A stretch of 37,761 bases of DNA from an uncultured Bacilli bacterium (GCA_947624145.1 CANQIU010000003.1:1-37761), one strand, 5' to 3'; numbered from the stretch's first letter, positions 20,686 to 31,256 are shown. Translations and numbers: made by a program. Notes: a model not told the origin generated them from the sequence alone.

Positions 20686-22038
20686 ATGAAAAGAAAAATA
20701 TATGAAGAAATGGTTAAATGGAAAGAAAGTTCAAAAGGAAAAGAAGCTTTGCTTATTGATGGAGCTAGAAGAGTAGGGAAAAGCTATATTGCTTTAGATT
20801 TTGCCCAAAAAAACTATAAGAGTTATTTGCTTATAGATTTTAATAAAGCCCCAGAAGAAATAAAAAATTTATTTATTAATTATTTAGATGACTTAGATAA
20901 TTTCTTTTTATATTTAGAAAATTATTACAATATTAAGTTATATAAAAGAGAAAGCGTAATTATCTTTGATGAAGTGCAACTTTTTCCTAAAGCTCGCTCA
21001 GCTATAAAATATTTAGTAGAAGATGGAAGATATGATTATATCGAAACCGGTTCTTTAGTTTCAATTAGAGAAAATGTTAAAGATATTTTAATTCCTTCCG
21101 AAGAAAGACATTTAACTTTACATCCAATGGATTTTGAAGAATTTCTTTGGGCTATGGATAATAAGAGCTTGATGGATTTTATTCGCAAAAGTTTTAAAGA
21201 ACAAAAACCCATGGGAACTTTAATGCATCAAAAAGCTATGGATTATTTTCGTAAATATCTAATCATTGGGGGAATGCCTCAAGCTGTTTTAAAATACATT
21301 GAAACTAAAGATTTTAACGAAGTAGATCAAATAAAAAGAAATATTTTAAATCTTTACCGGGATGATATTAAAAAACATGCTGGTAAATATAGTTTAAAAG
21401 TCGAAAGTATTTTTGATGAAATACCTTCGCAATTACAAAGACATGAAAAAAAATTTAAAATTACTTCCTTGGATAAAGATGCCAAGACTAGAGATTATAA
21501 AGATTCATTTCTATGGTTAAGTGATGCTATGCTGATAAATACTTGTTTTAATACGAGTGAACCTAATATTGGTTTATCTTTAAATAAAGATAAAACTTTT
21601 GTAAAATGCTATATGGCTGATACAGGACTTTTAATATCACATGCCTTTAGTGAATCGGGTTTAGTTAGTGAAGAAATATATAAAAAAATATTATTTGATA
21701 GCCTAGAGTATAATGAAGGTATGATAATGGAAAATATTGTAGCCCAAATGTTAGTAGCTTCTAAGCATAAATTATATTTTTATTCTAATTCTTCAAGGGA
21801 TAATAAAGATGATCGAATGAAAATAGATTTTTTAATATCGAAACCGACCATAACAAATCGTCATAATATTTCTCCTATTGAAGTTAAATCAGGAAAAAAT
21901 TATACTTTAACTTCTTTAAATAAATTTAAAAATAAATATAAAGAAAATTTAGCAACCTGTTATGTAGTCCATATTAAAGATTTTAAAATAGAAGATAATA
22001 TTATTTATTATCCATTATATATGGTACCACTTTTATAA
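20686..22038 (+). CDS. AAA_14/DUF4143-type ATP-binding protein
   Basis: Walker A GARRVGKS, IFDEVQ, ETGS, GGMP, C-terminal IDFL...PIEVKSG nuclease-like motif. Confidence 0.88.
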   Translation: MKRKIYEEMVKWKESSKGKEALLIDGARRVGKSYIALDFAQKNYKSYLLIDFNKAPEEIKNLFINYLDDLDNFFLYLENYYNIKLYKRESVIIFDEVQLFPKARSAIKYLVEDGRYDYIETGSLVSIRENVKDILIPSEERHLTLHPMDFEEFLWAMDNKSLMDFIRKSFKEQKPMGTLMHQKAMDYFRKYLIIGGMPQAVLKYIETKDFNEVDQIKRNILNLYRDDIKKHAGKYSLKVESIFDEIPSQLQRHEKKFKITSLDKDAKTRDYKDSFLWLSDAMLINTCFNTSEPNIGLSLNKDKTFVKCYMADTGLLISHAFSESGLVSEEIYKKILFDSLEYNEGMIMENIVAQMLVASKHKLYFYSNSSRDNKDDRMKIDFLISKPTITNRHNISPIEVKSGKNYTLTSLNKFKNKYKENLATCYVVHIKDFKIEDNIIYYPLYMVPLL

Positions 22039-22040
22039 TA

Positions 22041-22067
22041 AAAGAAGGAGTATTATTCTCCTTCTTT
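22041..22067. terminator. Hairpin between convergent genes (possible bidirectional terminator)
   Basis: AAAGAAGGAG-tattatt-CTCCTTCTTT. Confidence 0.55.
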
Positions 22068-22331
22068 ATTTGCATAAAAGGTTATTAATTCTTGATTTAG
22101 TTTTTCACAAGCCTTAGTAATTTTAGTTGATTTTTCGCTTTCTAAATTATAATAGTTTAAGTTATAGGCTATAGCATATAAGTTTTTAGCCGCTTCACTA
22201 ATTTCTTCAAACATATTAAATAATTCATTATATAATTTTTCATGGCTAGCTTCATTTAAGGCGCAAGTCATATTAACAGCCATGTTTTTTTCAGTTTCTA
22301 AAGCATCCATGATTATTTCTTTATCACTCAT
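22053..22331 (-). CDS. Spore coat protein (Coat F-like)
   Basis: MSDKEIIMDALETEK...ALNEASHEKL pattern. ATG 22331 overlaps the end of the upstream gene (ORF track start 22343). Confidence 0.7.
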   Translation of the reverse strand: MSDKEIIMDALETEKNMAVNMTCALNEASHEKLYNELFNMFEEISEAAKNLYAIAYNLNYYNLESEKSTKITKACEKLNQELITFYANKEGE

Positions 22332-22539
22332 TATTTTCCCCACTTTCTAATAATTTAATAATAGCTTCGCAAAAATCCAAATGCATCGTAATTAGTTCAT
22401 CTAATTCTTTTTTAATGCTTTCTTCCTGAACCATCTTAGCATATAAGTCAAACTTATAAGCAGTAATGATATTCCAATTAAACATATCTTCTAAATAGGC
22501 GGCATCTTTTGTCGAAATTATTTTAGGTAAATTTTTCAT
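22324..22539 (-). CDS. Small spore-coat-associated helical protein
   Basis: ISTKD..YLEDM..W pattern typical of the partner of Coat F-like genes; strong RBS. Confidence 0.6.
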   Translation of the reverse strand: MKNLPKIISTKDAAYLEDMFNWNIITAYKFDLYAKMVQEESIKKELDELITMHLDFCEAIIKLLESGENNE

Positions 22540-22560
22540 CTTTTTCCATCCTTTCTTTTT

Positions 22561-22590
22561 TATTATTAGTCATAAGCGCGTTGATTATAC
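22561..22590 (-). promoter_or_regulatory. Putative sigma-G/F-type forespore promoter
   Basis: Minus strand GTATA-18 nt-AATAATA upstream of the coat genes. Confidence 0.45.
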
Positions 22591-22626
22591 TTAATTATTA
22601 TGATAAACTTTAAAATAGGTGGAAAC

Positions 22627-25233
22627 ATGAAAAGTTTTAATAAGATGGATCTAAAAGAGTTGTTTAAAGTTTTAAATAGTTCTAAAAAAGGTTTAAGGGA
22701 TGAAGATGTTTTAAGATTACAAAAAGAGTATGGTAAAAATGAAATACCTCAAGAAAAACCTAAAAGTATTTTGAAGATTTTAGCAGAAGAATTAAAAGAA
22801 CCAATTGTTCTAATTCTCTTAGTTACGATTATAATTTCTTTTTTTACCCAAGAATATGTGGATGCCTTAGCGATAATTTTTATTGTAATTATTGATTTAT
22901 TAATGGGGCTTATAGAGCAGTTAAAAGCGCAAAAGAATGCTCAAAGCTTACAAAAAATGCTAAAAAATGAAGCCTTAGTTCGACGGCATAATCAAGAGTT
23001 TTTAATAGATTCCAGTGAACTTGTCATGGGCGATATCGTCCTTCTTTCTAGTGGCAATAAAGTTCCGGCCGATATTAGATTAATAGAATCTTTTAATTTA
23101 AGTGTTGATGAATCGATGCTTACCGGGGAAAGCCTTGCTATATATAAAGATGCTGAGGTAAGTTTAGATGAAGAAAATAACTTAAAAAATATGGTCTATG
23201 CGGGAACAAGCATTGTAAAAGGACGAGCTTTAGGGATCGTGGTCGCAACAGGTATTAATACCGAGCTTGGTAAGATTGCCAAAGTTGTGGAAGAAACTAA
23301 AGAAAGTGCTTCACCCTTAGAAATTAGAATGAATAAATTTACCAAACAAGTTAGTATTATCATTATTTTGATTAGCTTGTTTTTAAGTTTTGTTTTAGTT
23401 GTTAAAGGAACTCCTTTAAAAGAAATATTTTTAGTTGTCGTGGCTTTAGGGGTATCTGCTATGCCAGAGGGACTTCCTCTTGCCAAAACAATGGCTTTAA
23501 CAATTGGTTCTAATCGGATGCTAAAAAAACGCGTTTTAGTAAAAAATCTTAATGCCGTGGAAGCTTTAGGAAGTTGTACTGTTATTGCCTCTGATAAAAC
23601 GGGGACACTTACGAAAAATGAACAAACAGCTAAGATAATTGTTTTACCTGATGCTTCAAAATACCCTATAACCGGCAGTGGTTATAATGCTTTAGGAAAT
23701 ATAAAAAAATTAAATCAAGAGGTAAGTAATCTTATTAAAGAGGGTATTATTAATAATGAAGCTCATATAGAAAAGGAAAATGTTGGCGACTCTATTGATT
23801 TAGCTTTTCTTTACCTAGGTCAAAAAGCTAACATTAAAATAGATGATAATATAAAGATTATAAATAAGATTCCCTATGAATCTGAAAATAAATATTCGGC
23901 CGCTTTTTATGAAGAAAATCATAATTTAAAAGTTGCCGTGAAAGGGTCTTTAGAAACAATTCTAAATCTTTCAACTAAAATGCTTGTTAAGGGAAAACTA
24001 GCAAAAATTGATAAAAAAAGTCTAATAAAATTAAATGATGAATTAGCTTTAGATGGTTACCGAGTAATAGCTTTAGCAACTAAAGACTTAAAAAAATCTT
24101 CATATACGGAAAAAGACTTAAATAATTTAGTTTTAATTGGGTTAGTTGGGTTTATTGATCCTATTAGAGAAGAATCTAAAGATGCTATAAAAACTTGCCA
24201 AGAGGCTGGGATCAAAGTCATGATGATAACCGGAGATTATCACTTAACTTCTTATAAAATTGCCAAAGATTTAAAATTAGTTAAAAGTCCTAAAGAAGTT
24301 GCCTTAAAAGAAGAAATGGATAAGTTTGCGGATAAAACAAGTGAAGAATTTTATGAATATATCAAAGATAAAAAAGTCTTTTCTAGAGTTAGTCCTTTAG
24401 AAAAATATGCGATTGTGGATAGCTTAATTAGACATCAGGAATTTGTTGCTGTCACCGGGGATGGGGTAAATGATGCTCCGGCCTTAAAAAAAGCCAACAT
24501 TGGAATTTCTATGGGTAGCGGAACAGATGTTGCTAAAGATACGGCGCAAATGATTCTCTTAGATGATAACTTTTTATCTATTGTCGAAGGAGTAAAAGAA
24601 GGACGAAATGCTTATCAAAACATTCGTAAAATTTGTTATCTTCTTTTATCTTGTGGCTTTGCGGAAGTCTTCTTCTTTATTTTAGCTATTATTTTTGATT
24701 TACCTATGCCTCTTCTAGCTATTCAACTTCTTTGGCTTAATATCGTAACTGATGGCATTCAAGATATAGCCTTATCTTTTGAAGAAGCCACTAATGAGGT
24801 TATGAAAGAAAAACCTCGTCAAAAAGAAGAATCTATCTTTAATAAAGATATGTTAAAAGAAATCTTTATATCTAGTTTTTATATTAGTTTTTTAGTTTTA
24901 ATTCTTTGGCTAATTTTAATTAAAGTCGTAAAAATGGATGTTTTTAAAGCCCGGGGTTATGTTATGTGTTTAATGGTCTTTATTCAAAATGTTCATGTTT
25001 TAAACTGTCGTAGTGAAAAAGAATCAATATTAAAATATAAAAATAGAAATTGGTTTGTTCCTTTAGCTATTATTAGTTGTCTTATTTTACAATTTATTGT
25101 TATGGAAATACCTTTTTTAAGTACGATATTAAAAACAACAAGTATTCCTTTATTAGACCTAATAGTTTTATTCTTAATATCTTTAACAATTATTATTTTA
25201 ATGGAAGTATATAAAAAAATAAATTATAAGTAA
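22627..25233 (+). CDS. P-type (IIA, Ca2+-like) cation-transporting ATPase
   Basis: TGES, PEGL, DKTGT, KGS, TGD, GDGVND, QLLWLN motifs. ATG 22627 has an RBS (ORF track start 22600). Confidence 0.93.
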   Translation: MKSFNKMDLKELFKVLNSSKKGLRDEDVLRLQKEYGKNEIPQEKPKSILKILAEELKEPIVLILLVTIIISFFTQEYVDALAIIFIVIIDLLMGLIEQLKAQKNAQSLQKMLKNEALVRRHNQEFLIDSSELVMGDIVLLSSGNKVPADIRLIESFNLSVDESMLTGESLAIYKDAEVSLDEENNLKNMVYAGTSIVKGRALGIVVATGINTELGKIAKVVEETKESASPLEIRMNKFTKQVSIIIILISLFLSFVLVVKGTPLKEIFLVVVALGVSAMPEGLPLAKTMALTIGSNRMLKKRVLVKNLNAVEALGSCTVIASDKTGTLTKNEQTAKIIVLPDASKYPITGSGYNALGNIKKLNQEVSNLIKEGIINNEAHIEKENVGDSIDLAFLYLGQKANIKIDDNIKIINKIPYESENKYSAAFYEENHNLKVAVKGSLETILNLSTKMLVKGKLAKIDKKSLIKLNDELALDGYRVIALATKDLKKSSYTEKDLNNLVLIGLVGFIDPIREESKDAIKTCQEAGIKVMMITGDYHLTSYKIAKDLKLVKSPKEVALKEEMDKFADKTSEEFYEYIKDKKVFSRVSPLEKYAIVDSLIRHQEFVAVTGDGVNDAPALKKANIGISMGSGTDVAKDTAQMILLDDNFLSIVEGVKEGRNAYQNIRKICYLLLSCGFAEVFFFILAIIFDLPMPLLAIQLLWLNIVTDGIQDIALSFEEATNEVMKEKPRQKEESIFNKDMLKEIFISSFYISFLVLILWLILIKVVKMDVFKARGYVMCLMVFIQNVHVLNCRSEKESILKYKNRNWFVPLAIISCLILQFIVMEIPFLSTILKTTSIPLLDLIVLFLISLTIIILMEVYKKINYK

Positions 25234-25235
25234 TT

Positions 25236-25267
25236 GTCACTTAAAAGTCACTTTTCATTTATATAAT
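25236..25267 (+). promoter_or_regulatory. OmpR/PhoB-type tandem box plus -10 element of the ABC operon
   Basis: GTCACTT at 25236 and 25247 (11-bp period) in place of a -35; TATAAT at 25262. Confidence 0.6.
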
Positions 25268-25294
25268 TATTTTAGAAAGCGAGAAAAATAAATT

Positions 25295-25972
25295 ATGGAA
25301 ATTTTAAAAGTGGAAAATTTATGTAAAACATATGGAAGTGGAGAAAATACTATTAAAGCGGTTGATAACATTTCCTTTACAGTTGAAAAGGGTGACTTTG
25401 TTGCTATCGTGGGCGCTAGTGGTTCAGGTAAGTCAACTTTACTTCATTTGCTAGGTGGAGTTGACAGACCGACTGCCGGGAAAGTTTACATTGATGGTGT
25501 CGATATATATTCTTTAAATGATGATAAATTAGCCATCTTTCGAAGAAGACAAGTAGGTTTAATTTATCAATTTTATAATTTAATTCCCATCTTAAATGTT
25601 AAAGAAAATATAACTTTACCAAGTGAATTAGATAATGTAAAAGTTAGTAAAGAAAGACTCGATAGTTTACTAATTAACTTAAATCTAAAAGACCGGGAAA
25701 ATCATTTGCCTAATGAGCTATCCGGAGGTCAACAACAAAGAGTTTCAATTGGCCGAGCCATTATTAATAATCCGTCCTTAATCTTAGCAGATGAACCAAC
25801 CGGTAACTTAGATTCGAAAGCTAGTGATGAAATAATTGCTCTTTTAAAAAAGCAAAATGACCAATATAAACAAACGATTATTGTTATTACCCATGATTTA
25901 GAAATAGCTAGTATGGCCAAAAGAATCATCACCATTGAAGATGGAAAAATAATAAGCGACGTAAGGAATTAA
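25295..25972 (+). CDS. ABC transporter ATP-binding protein (LolD/MacB-like)
   Basis: GASGSGKS, LSGGQQQRV, LADEPTGNLD, ITHD. Confidence 0.95.
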   Translation: MEILKVENLCKTYGSGENTIKAVDNISFTVEKGDFVAIVGASGSGKSTLLHLLGGVDRPTAGKVYIDGVDIYSLNDDKLAIFRRRQVGLIYQFYNLIPILNVKENITLPSELDNVKVSKERLDSLLINLNLKDRENHLPNELSGGQQQRVSIGRAIINNPSLILADEPTGNLDSKASDEIIALLKKQNDQYKQTIIVITHDLEIASMAKRIITIEDGKIISDVRN

Positions 25973-25974
25973 TC

Positions 25975-28482
25975 ATGAATATCTTAAATAAATTAACTAT
26001 TAAAAATTTACAATTAAATATAAAAAGAACCATTGTCACAATTATTGGCATTATTTTATCAACTGCTTTAATTTGTGCAGTTGCCGGGATGTTTACTTCC
26101 CTCCAAGCAACTTTAATAAATGATGCGAAGAAACAATATGGTAATAGGCATGTCACTATTTTAAATGTTCAAGAAAAAGACATTCCTTATTTTGTTAATA
26201 ATCGGCAAGTTGCAAGCTATTATTTATCTTATAATTTAGGCTATGCTAAAATTACGAGTGAAAATTCTTTAAAGCCTTATCTATTTATTCAAGAATATAC
26301 AGAAACTGGTTTTAAAGAAAATGGGTTTCAAATAACTAAAGGAAGAATGCCTTTAAATGAAGAAGAAATTGTTTTAAATGAAGGTTTAAGTAATTATAAA
26401 ATTGGCGATAAACTTACCTTAGAAGTTGGTAAAAGAGTTTTAGAAGAGTATCCTAATGATTACTTAGGGCAAAATAATCCGGTAGAAAAAGACAATCCAG
26501 AAACTATAGTTGAGGCTACCCCTAAAACATTTACAGTTGTTGGTTTTGTCCAAAATAAAAATGATAGTATTACTTCGCCTGGTTATACGGCTTTAACTAT
26601 TACTGATAAGTTTCCGACTAAGACTAATTTAAATGTTTTCTTATTATTTAAAAATCCCAAATATTATCAAGAATTTCAAAAACTATTAGATACTAATTTT
26701 TCCGAATATAGTTATAATTTTAATAATGATTTATTAAGATGGCAAATGGTGAAGGTAAGTAGTGGCACGTTAAATTCAATTATAGCAATTCTAAGTATAG
26801 TAATAGGCATAATTATTGTCTCAAGTGTCTTTGTTATTCGCAATAGTTTTAATATTTCAATTACCGAAAAGAAAAAGCAATATGGCATGCTTGCGAGCCT
26901 TGGAGCGACTAAAAAACAAATTAAGAAAAACGTTTTATATGAAGGTTTTATTTTAGGCCTTATTGGTATTCCTTTAGGTATTTTATCCGGAATATTTGCT
27001 GATTTTATTTTAGTTAAAGTTATTAATATCTTACTTAAAGATTCCCTAAATGGGATCGTCTTTGCTTTCAAAGTTCCTTATCTTGCCATTATCTTCGCCA
27101 CTTGCTTAGCTGGTTTAACTATTTATTTTTCGGTTATAAAAGCTGCTTTAAAGAGTGCAAAGATTTCGCCAATTGAGGCCATTAGAAGCAATGATGAAAT
27201 CAAGATTAAAGCCAAAAAACTTAAAGCTCCAAAAATAATTGGTAAACTTTGGGGGGTAGGTGGTCTGATTGCTTATAAAAATCTTCAAAGAAGCAAAAGC
27301 AAGTACCGGACAACCGTGGTATCCTTAGTAGTTAGCATTGCAATATTTATTTCCTTATCCACGCTTATTACTTATGGTTTTAAGATGTCTAGTATGTATT
27401 ATAATGATTATAACTATAATATTGTTATTAATAAAAGGGTATCTAGTGCCATATCTTCTAATGATTGGCTCAAAATATATGATGAACTTCTCGAACTTAC
27501 GCATCTAGGATTCGTGGATGCTTATTCTATTCCCAAAAATATTGATTTTTATCTTTCCGCTAAATATTTAGTTAATTCCAGTCATGATATTGATGATGAG
27601 GACCATACGGTTTATCTTGATATCGTCTCATTAAATGAAGAAGAATATAATCGTTTTATTAAAGAGTTAGGTGGTAAAAAAGACGATTATGAAAAAGGGG
27701 GTATTTTAATTGATGACTATAAGTATTATGATGGAACTAAATATGTTTTAGGACATAGTTATAATATTCAAGACCATGAAGTAATTACAGGTAAATTAGA
27801 ATCTCGGGATAGTAATGTTGATTTAGAAATTGAAGTTGTGAAAAAAACGGATATAAGACCGATGGGATTTGAAAATAGCAATAATCTTTTAGTTGTAAGT
27901 GAGACATATTTAGAAAATTTAAATATGCCCTATACTTGTAATACTTTATATATAAAGACATCTAATCATGAAGCTTATGCAAAAGCCTTAGATAAATATA
28001 TTGATACTTATCCTGATAAAAAACTTATCTATACGGATATTGATGCGATGGTTAAACAAGAAAAATCGATGATTATTTTAATAGCTATTTTCTTATATGG
28101 TTTTATTATTGTTATTAGTTTAATCGGTATTACTAATATCTTTAATACCATTACCACTAATATGAATTTAAGACAAAAAGAATTTGCCATGCTAAAATCT
28201 ATCGGTATGACTAAAAAAGAATTTAATCATATGATTAGACTCGAAAGCATTATGTATGGAATGAAATCTTTAATAATTGGTATTCCTTTAGGCTGCCTAG
28301 GTTCTTATCTTTTATATAAAGGCTTTCAAATTAATGCCGAGATGCCGTTTGTTCTTCCTTATCTAGCCATAATTTTAACTATTATTATTGTCACTTGTTT
28401 AATTAGTTTAATTATGCATTATTCTTTTAAAAAGATTAATAAACAAAACATTATTGAAACCATTCGTAAAGATAATATCTAA
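25975..28482 (+). CDS. ABC transporter permease (FtsX/MacB-like, duplicated)
   Basis: Two FtsX-like TM modules (GMLASLGA; AMLKSIGM) with large extracellular loops. Confidence 0.9.
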   Translation: MNILNKLTIKNLQLNIKRTIVTIIGIILSTALICAVAGMFTSLQATLINDAKKQYGNRHVTILNVQEKDIPYFVNNRQVASYYLSYNLGYAKITSENSLKPYLFIQEYTETGFKENGFQITKGRMPLNEEEIVLNEGLSNYKIGDKLTLEVGKRVLEEYPNDYLGQNNPVEKDNPETIVEATPKTFTVVGFVQNKNDSITSPGYTALTITDKFPTKTNLNVFLLFKNPKYYQEFQKLLDTNFSEYSYNFNNDLLRWQMVKVSSGTLNSIIAILSIVIGIIIVSSVFVIRNSFNISITEKKKQYGMLASLGATKKQIKKNVLYEGFILGLIGIPLGILSGIFADFILVKVINILLKDSLNGIVFAFKVPYLAIIFATCLAGLTIYFSVIKAALKSAKISPIEAIRSNDEIKIKAKKLKAPKIIGKLWGVGGLIAYKNLQRSKSKYRTTVVSLVVSIAIFISLSTLITYGFKMSSMYYNDYNYNIVINKRVSSAISSNDWLKIYDELLELTHLGFVDAYSIPKNIDFYLSAKYLVNSSHDIDDEDHTVYLDIVSLNEEEYNRFIKELGGKKDDYEKGGILIDDYKYYDGTKYVLGHSYNIQDHEVITGKLESRDSNVDLEIEVVKKTDIRPMGFENSNNLLVVSETYLENLNMPYTCNTLYIKTSNHEAYAKALDKYIDTYPDKKLIYTDIDAMVKQEKSMIILIAIFLYGFIIVISLIGITNIFNTITTNMNLRQKEFAMLKSIGMTKKEFNHMIRLESIMYGMKSLIIGIPLGCLGSYLLYKGFQINAEMPFVLPYLAIILTIIIVTCLISLIMHYSFKKINKQNIIETIRKDNI

Positions 28483-28528
28483 TTGTTAAATAGCTAAATA
28501 TATGATATTCTTTAATTGGTGAAAATAA

Positions 28529-29248
28529 ATGAAAAATCCGCGTCCTTTAATGAGTAAAACCCAAAATATTTGTTTAGTTATTCTTTGGTTCTTATTTGCT
28601 TTATTAGCTCTAATAATGGTTCGGGAAATAAAACAACAAAAGAATCTTGAACAAGATAGTATATACCAAAGTATTGCTTTAGATAATAATCTTGTTTTAG
28701 ATAATTTTCAAAAAATAAATTTTAATAATTTAGCTAAAGAAACTTTAAAAAAGATTGCTACTAATAACTTAAAAGATTTAACTAAGGAAGAAAAACTAAT
28801 TATTGCTTTAAATAATGAAACTATTGCCTGTCAAGAAACCAAAGAATATTCTATTACCGAATTAAATACTTTAGTTAATAAATATTTTTTAAATACTACT
28901 ATAAAAAAAGGTGATATTAAAGATAATAATTATACTTTTAAGTTTAATAATGACTTAGTTCAAGTAACTAATAATTGTTTAAGTAATTATACATTATTAA
29001 CTAAGTTAATAGAGGCCTCATTAAATAAAGAATATTTAAAATTAGAACTAAAACTTATTTATAAAGAAAAAAGAATTGAAGATAATAATGAAGTATTTTA
29101 TTACTATAATGATTTAGAAGAAAAAGAATTAAAAGAAAAATTGTTTTTAGTAGATGAAGATAAAGTAAATTGGGATAATTATTCTAATTATACTTTTATC
29201 TTTAAAAATGTAGAGGATAATTATTATCTTGAGGAGGTTAGAAAATAA
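28529..29248 (+). CDS. Hypothetical membrane-anchored protein
   Basis: N-terminal TM helix; 239-aa ORF with RBS. Confidence 0.65.
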   Translation: MKNPRPLMSKTQNICLVILWFLFALLALIMVREIKQQKNLEQDSIYQSIALDNNLVLDNFQKINFNNLAKETLKKIATNNLKDLTKEEKLIIALNNETIACQETKEYSITELNTLVNKYFLNTTIKKGDIKDNNYTFKFNNDLVQVTNNCLSNYTLLTKLIEASLNKEYLKLELKLIYKEKRIEDNNEVFYYYNDLEEKELKEKLFLVDEDKVNWDNYSNYTFIFKNVEDNYYLEEVRK

Positions 29249-29249
29249 T

Positions 29250-29903
29250 TTGGATAAAATATTATTAGTAGAAGATAATTCCTTAATTCTTAAAGGACTA
29301 GGATATTCTTTAAAACAAAATAAATATTTAGTTGATTATGCTACTAATTATCAAGATAGTAAGAATTTATTAAATAAAGGTAGTTATGATTTAGTTATTA
29401 TTGATATTCTTTTACCGGATAAAAGTGGGTTAGAATTAGGTCAGTATATTTATGATAACCTTAAAATTCCTTTTCTTTTCTTAACGGCAAGTGATGAAGA
29501 AGAAAGTATTGTTCAAGGCTTAGCCATTGCGGAAGATTATTTAACTAAACCTTTTTTAACCAAAGAATTATTAACTAGAATTAAAAAAATAATTGCAAGA
29601 ACTAAAAAAAATAATCAAATAATAATTGATAATTTAAAAATAGATTTAGATAAATGTCTAGTTTATTTAGATTCAAAGGAAGTGAATTTAACCTCTTTAG
29701 AATTTAAAATCTTAAAACTCTTACTAGATAATCAAAATAAAGTTGTTTTAAGAGAAGTTATTATAGATAAAATATGGGATATTAATCAAAAATATGTTAA
29801 TGATAATACCTTAAGTGTTTATATTAAAAGAATTAGAAAGAAGCTAAAAAGAAATGATTTAATTAAAACTATTAAAGGAATAGGCTATAGGATTGATATA
29901 TGA
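29250..29903 (+). CDS. OmpR-family response regulator
   Basis: ILLVED, DILLPD, DYLTKPF, LTSLEF, TIKGIGY. TTG 29250 likely start (ORF track 29229). Confidence 0.92.
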   Translation: MDKILLVEDNSLILKGLGYSLKQNKYLVDYATNYQDSKNLLNKGSYDLVIIDILLPDKSGLELGQYIYDNLKIPFLFLTASDEEESIVQGLAIAEDYLTKPFLTKELLTRIKKIIARTKKNNQIIIDNLKIDLDKCLVYLDSKEVNLTSLEFKILKLLLDNQNKVVLREVIIDKIWDINQKYVNDNTLSVYIKRIRKKLKRNDLIKTIKGIGYRIDI

Positions 29904-31120
29904 AATTAATTACCAGTTATAAATTACAAAATTATTTAAAAAGAAGTTTATTAATTATGCTTTTAGCCTTAGGTTTATCTTTAGTTATGCATAATTACTT
30001 TCATTATTTATATAACAAAGAAATTAATAGTTTTATTTCCTCAACCATTAAGTTAATTGAAGAAAAATATCCTAATATTTCGGAAAAAGAAATATTAGAC
30101 ATCATCAATAATCCATCTTCTAAAGATTTATCCTTATTACCAAAATATGGTATAGATAATAATCTAAATATTTTAAAAAAAATAGATCAATATAATAAAT
30201 ATAGTAATATCTTATTAACTATATTTATTATAGGAATTAGTTTAAGTTATCTAATTATATACCTAATTGAAAGTAAAAAGAAGAATAAAGAAATAGTTAA
30301 TGTTATTGAGTCTTTAAAAAAAGTAAATGAACATAACTTTGATTTAGAAATAGAATTAGAAGAAGAGGGCAATATGGCTCTTTTAAAAGATGAAGTCTAT
30401 AAATATTCCCAAAGATTAAAAGAATATTCGGAAAAAAACTTAAAAGATAAATTAGACTTAAAAGATAACTTAGCTAATATATCTCATCAAATTAAAACAC
30501 CTTTAACATCAATCTCTATTTTAGTGGATAATTTATTAGATGAACCAAATAACTCGGATATTCAAAAAGAATTTTTACAAGATATTAGAAGACAAATAGA
30601 TAATATAAACTTCTTAGTATTATCTTTACTTAAACTTTCTAAATTTGAAGCTAATGTTATTGTTTTTCAAAAAGAAAAGATAAATGTATCTTTAATGTTG
30701 AATAGAATTTTACAAGATTTAGATCCTTTAATAAAGGAAAAAAATCTAAAAGTTTATCAAAAGGGAAGTAAAAATGTTTTTCTTTATGGTGATTATAAAT
30801 GGGAGATTGAAGCTTTAACTAATATTTTAAAAAATAGTGTTGAACATACGGAACCAAATAAGAGTATTTATTTAAGTTATAATAGTAATGCGATTGTAAC
30901 TAAAATTGTTATCGCAGATGAAGGAGGGGGAATAACAAAGGAAAATATTCAAAAAGTATTTAATCGTTTTTATCAAGAAGAAAATAGCTTAAATAATTTT
31001 GGAATTGGGTTATCTTTAGCTAAAGAAATTATTAATAAAGATAATGGGAAGATTATTATAAAATCGAAAGAAAAAGAAGGGACTATTTTTGAAATAAAAT
31101 ATTTTCATGAAAACCCTTGA
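29900..31120 (+). CDS. Sensor histidine kinase
   Basis: Two TMs, H-box SHQIKTPL, N-box NILKNS, DEGGGI, GIGLSLA. Confidence 0.92.
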   Translation: MKLITSYKLQNYLKRSLLIMLLALGLSLVMHNYFHYLYNKEINSFISSTIKLIEEKYPNISEKEILDIINNPSSKDLSLLPKYGIDNNLNILKKIDQYNKYSNILLTIFIIGISLSYLIIYLIESKKKNKEIVNVIESLKKVNEHNFDLEIELEEEGNMALLKDEVYKYSQRLKEYSEKNLKDKLDLKDNLANISHQIKTPLTSISILVDNLLDEPNNSDIQKEFLQDIRRQIDNINFLVLSLLKLSKFEANVIVFQKEKINVSLMLNRILQDLDPLIKEKNLKVYQKGSKNVFLYGDYKWEIEALTNILKNSVEHTEPNKSIYLSYNSNAIVTKIVIADEGGGITKENIQKVFNRFYQEENSLNNFGIGLSLAKEIINKDNGKIIIKSKEKEGTIFEIKYFHENP

Positions 31121-31145
31121 TTTTTCAAGGATTTTTTGATAAAGT
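31117..31145 (+). promoter_or_regulatory. tRNA promoter overlapping the kinase terminator hairpin
   Basis: TTGATT-17 nt-TAAAGT with extended TG; CCTTGA/TCAAGG hairpin. Confidence 0.5.
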
Positions 31146-31173
31146 TAAAATGCACTTAGGAATAGGTGTTAAT

Positions 31174-31250
31174 GGCGGAATTGGTGAAGTGGTTAACACG
31201 GCAGATTGTGGCTCTGTTATGCATGGGTTCGACTCCCTTATTTCGCCCCA
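31174..31250 (+). tRNA. tRNA-His (GTG)
   Basis: Cloverleaf: G-1, acceptor GCGGAAT/ATTTCGC, anticodon stem GCAGA/TCTGT with loop TT-GTG-GC, TTCGA T-loop, encoded CCA. Confidence 0.96.
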
Positions 31251-31253
31251 TTT
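31234..31253 (+). repeat. attL core (3' end of tRNA-His)
   Basis: TCCCTTATTTCGCCCCATTT, identical to 36507-36526. Confidence 0.92.
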
Positions 31254-31256
31254 AAG

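Noticed and set aside
5782-27071. Antisense ORFs within the AAA ATPase, ATP-grasp, LRR, uvrB, ppaC, P-type ATPase and ABC genes
   Set aside because: Overlap well-supported genes on the opposite strand and show no motifs
31223-31239. T-T mismatch in the tRNA T-stem as damage caused by integration
   Set aside because: Both att copies carry the same CCCTT, so it most likely predates integration
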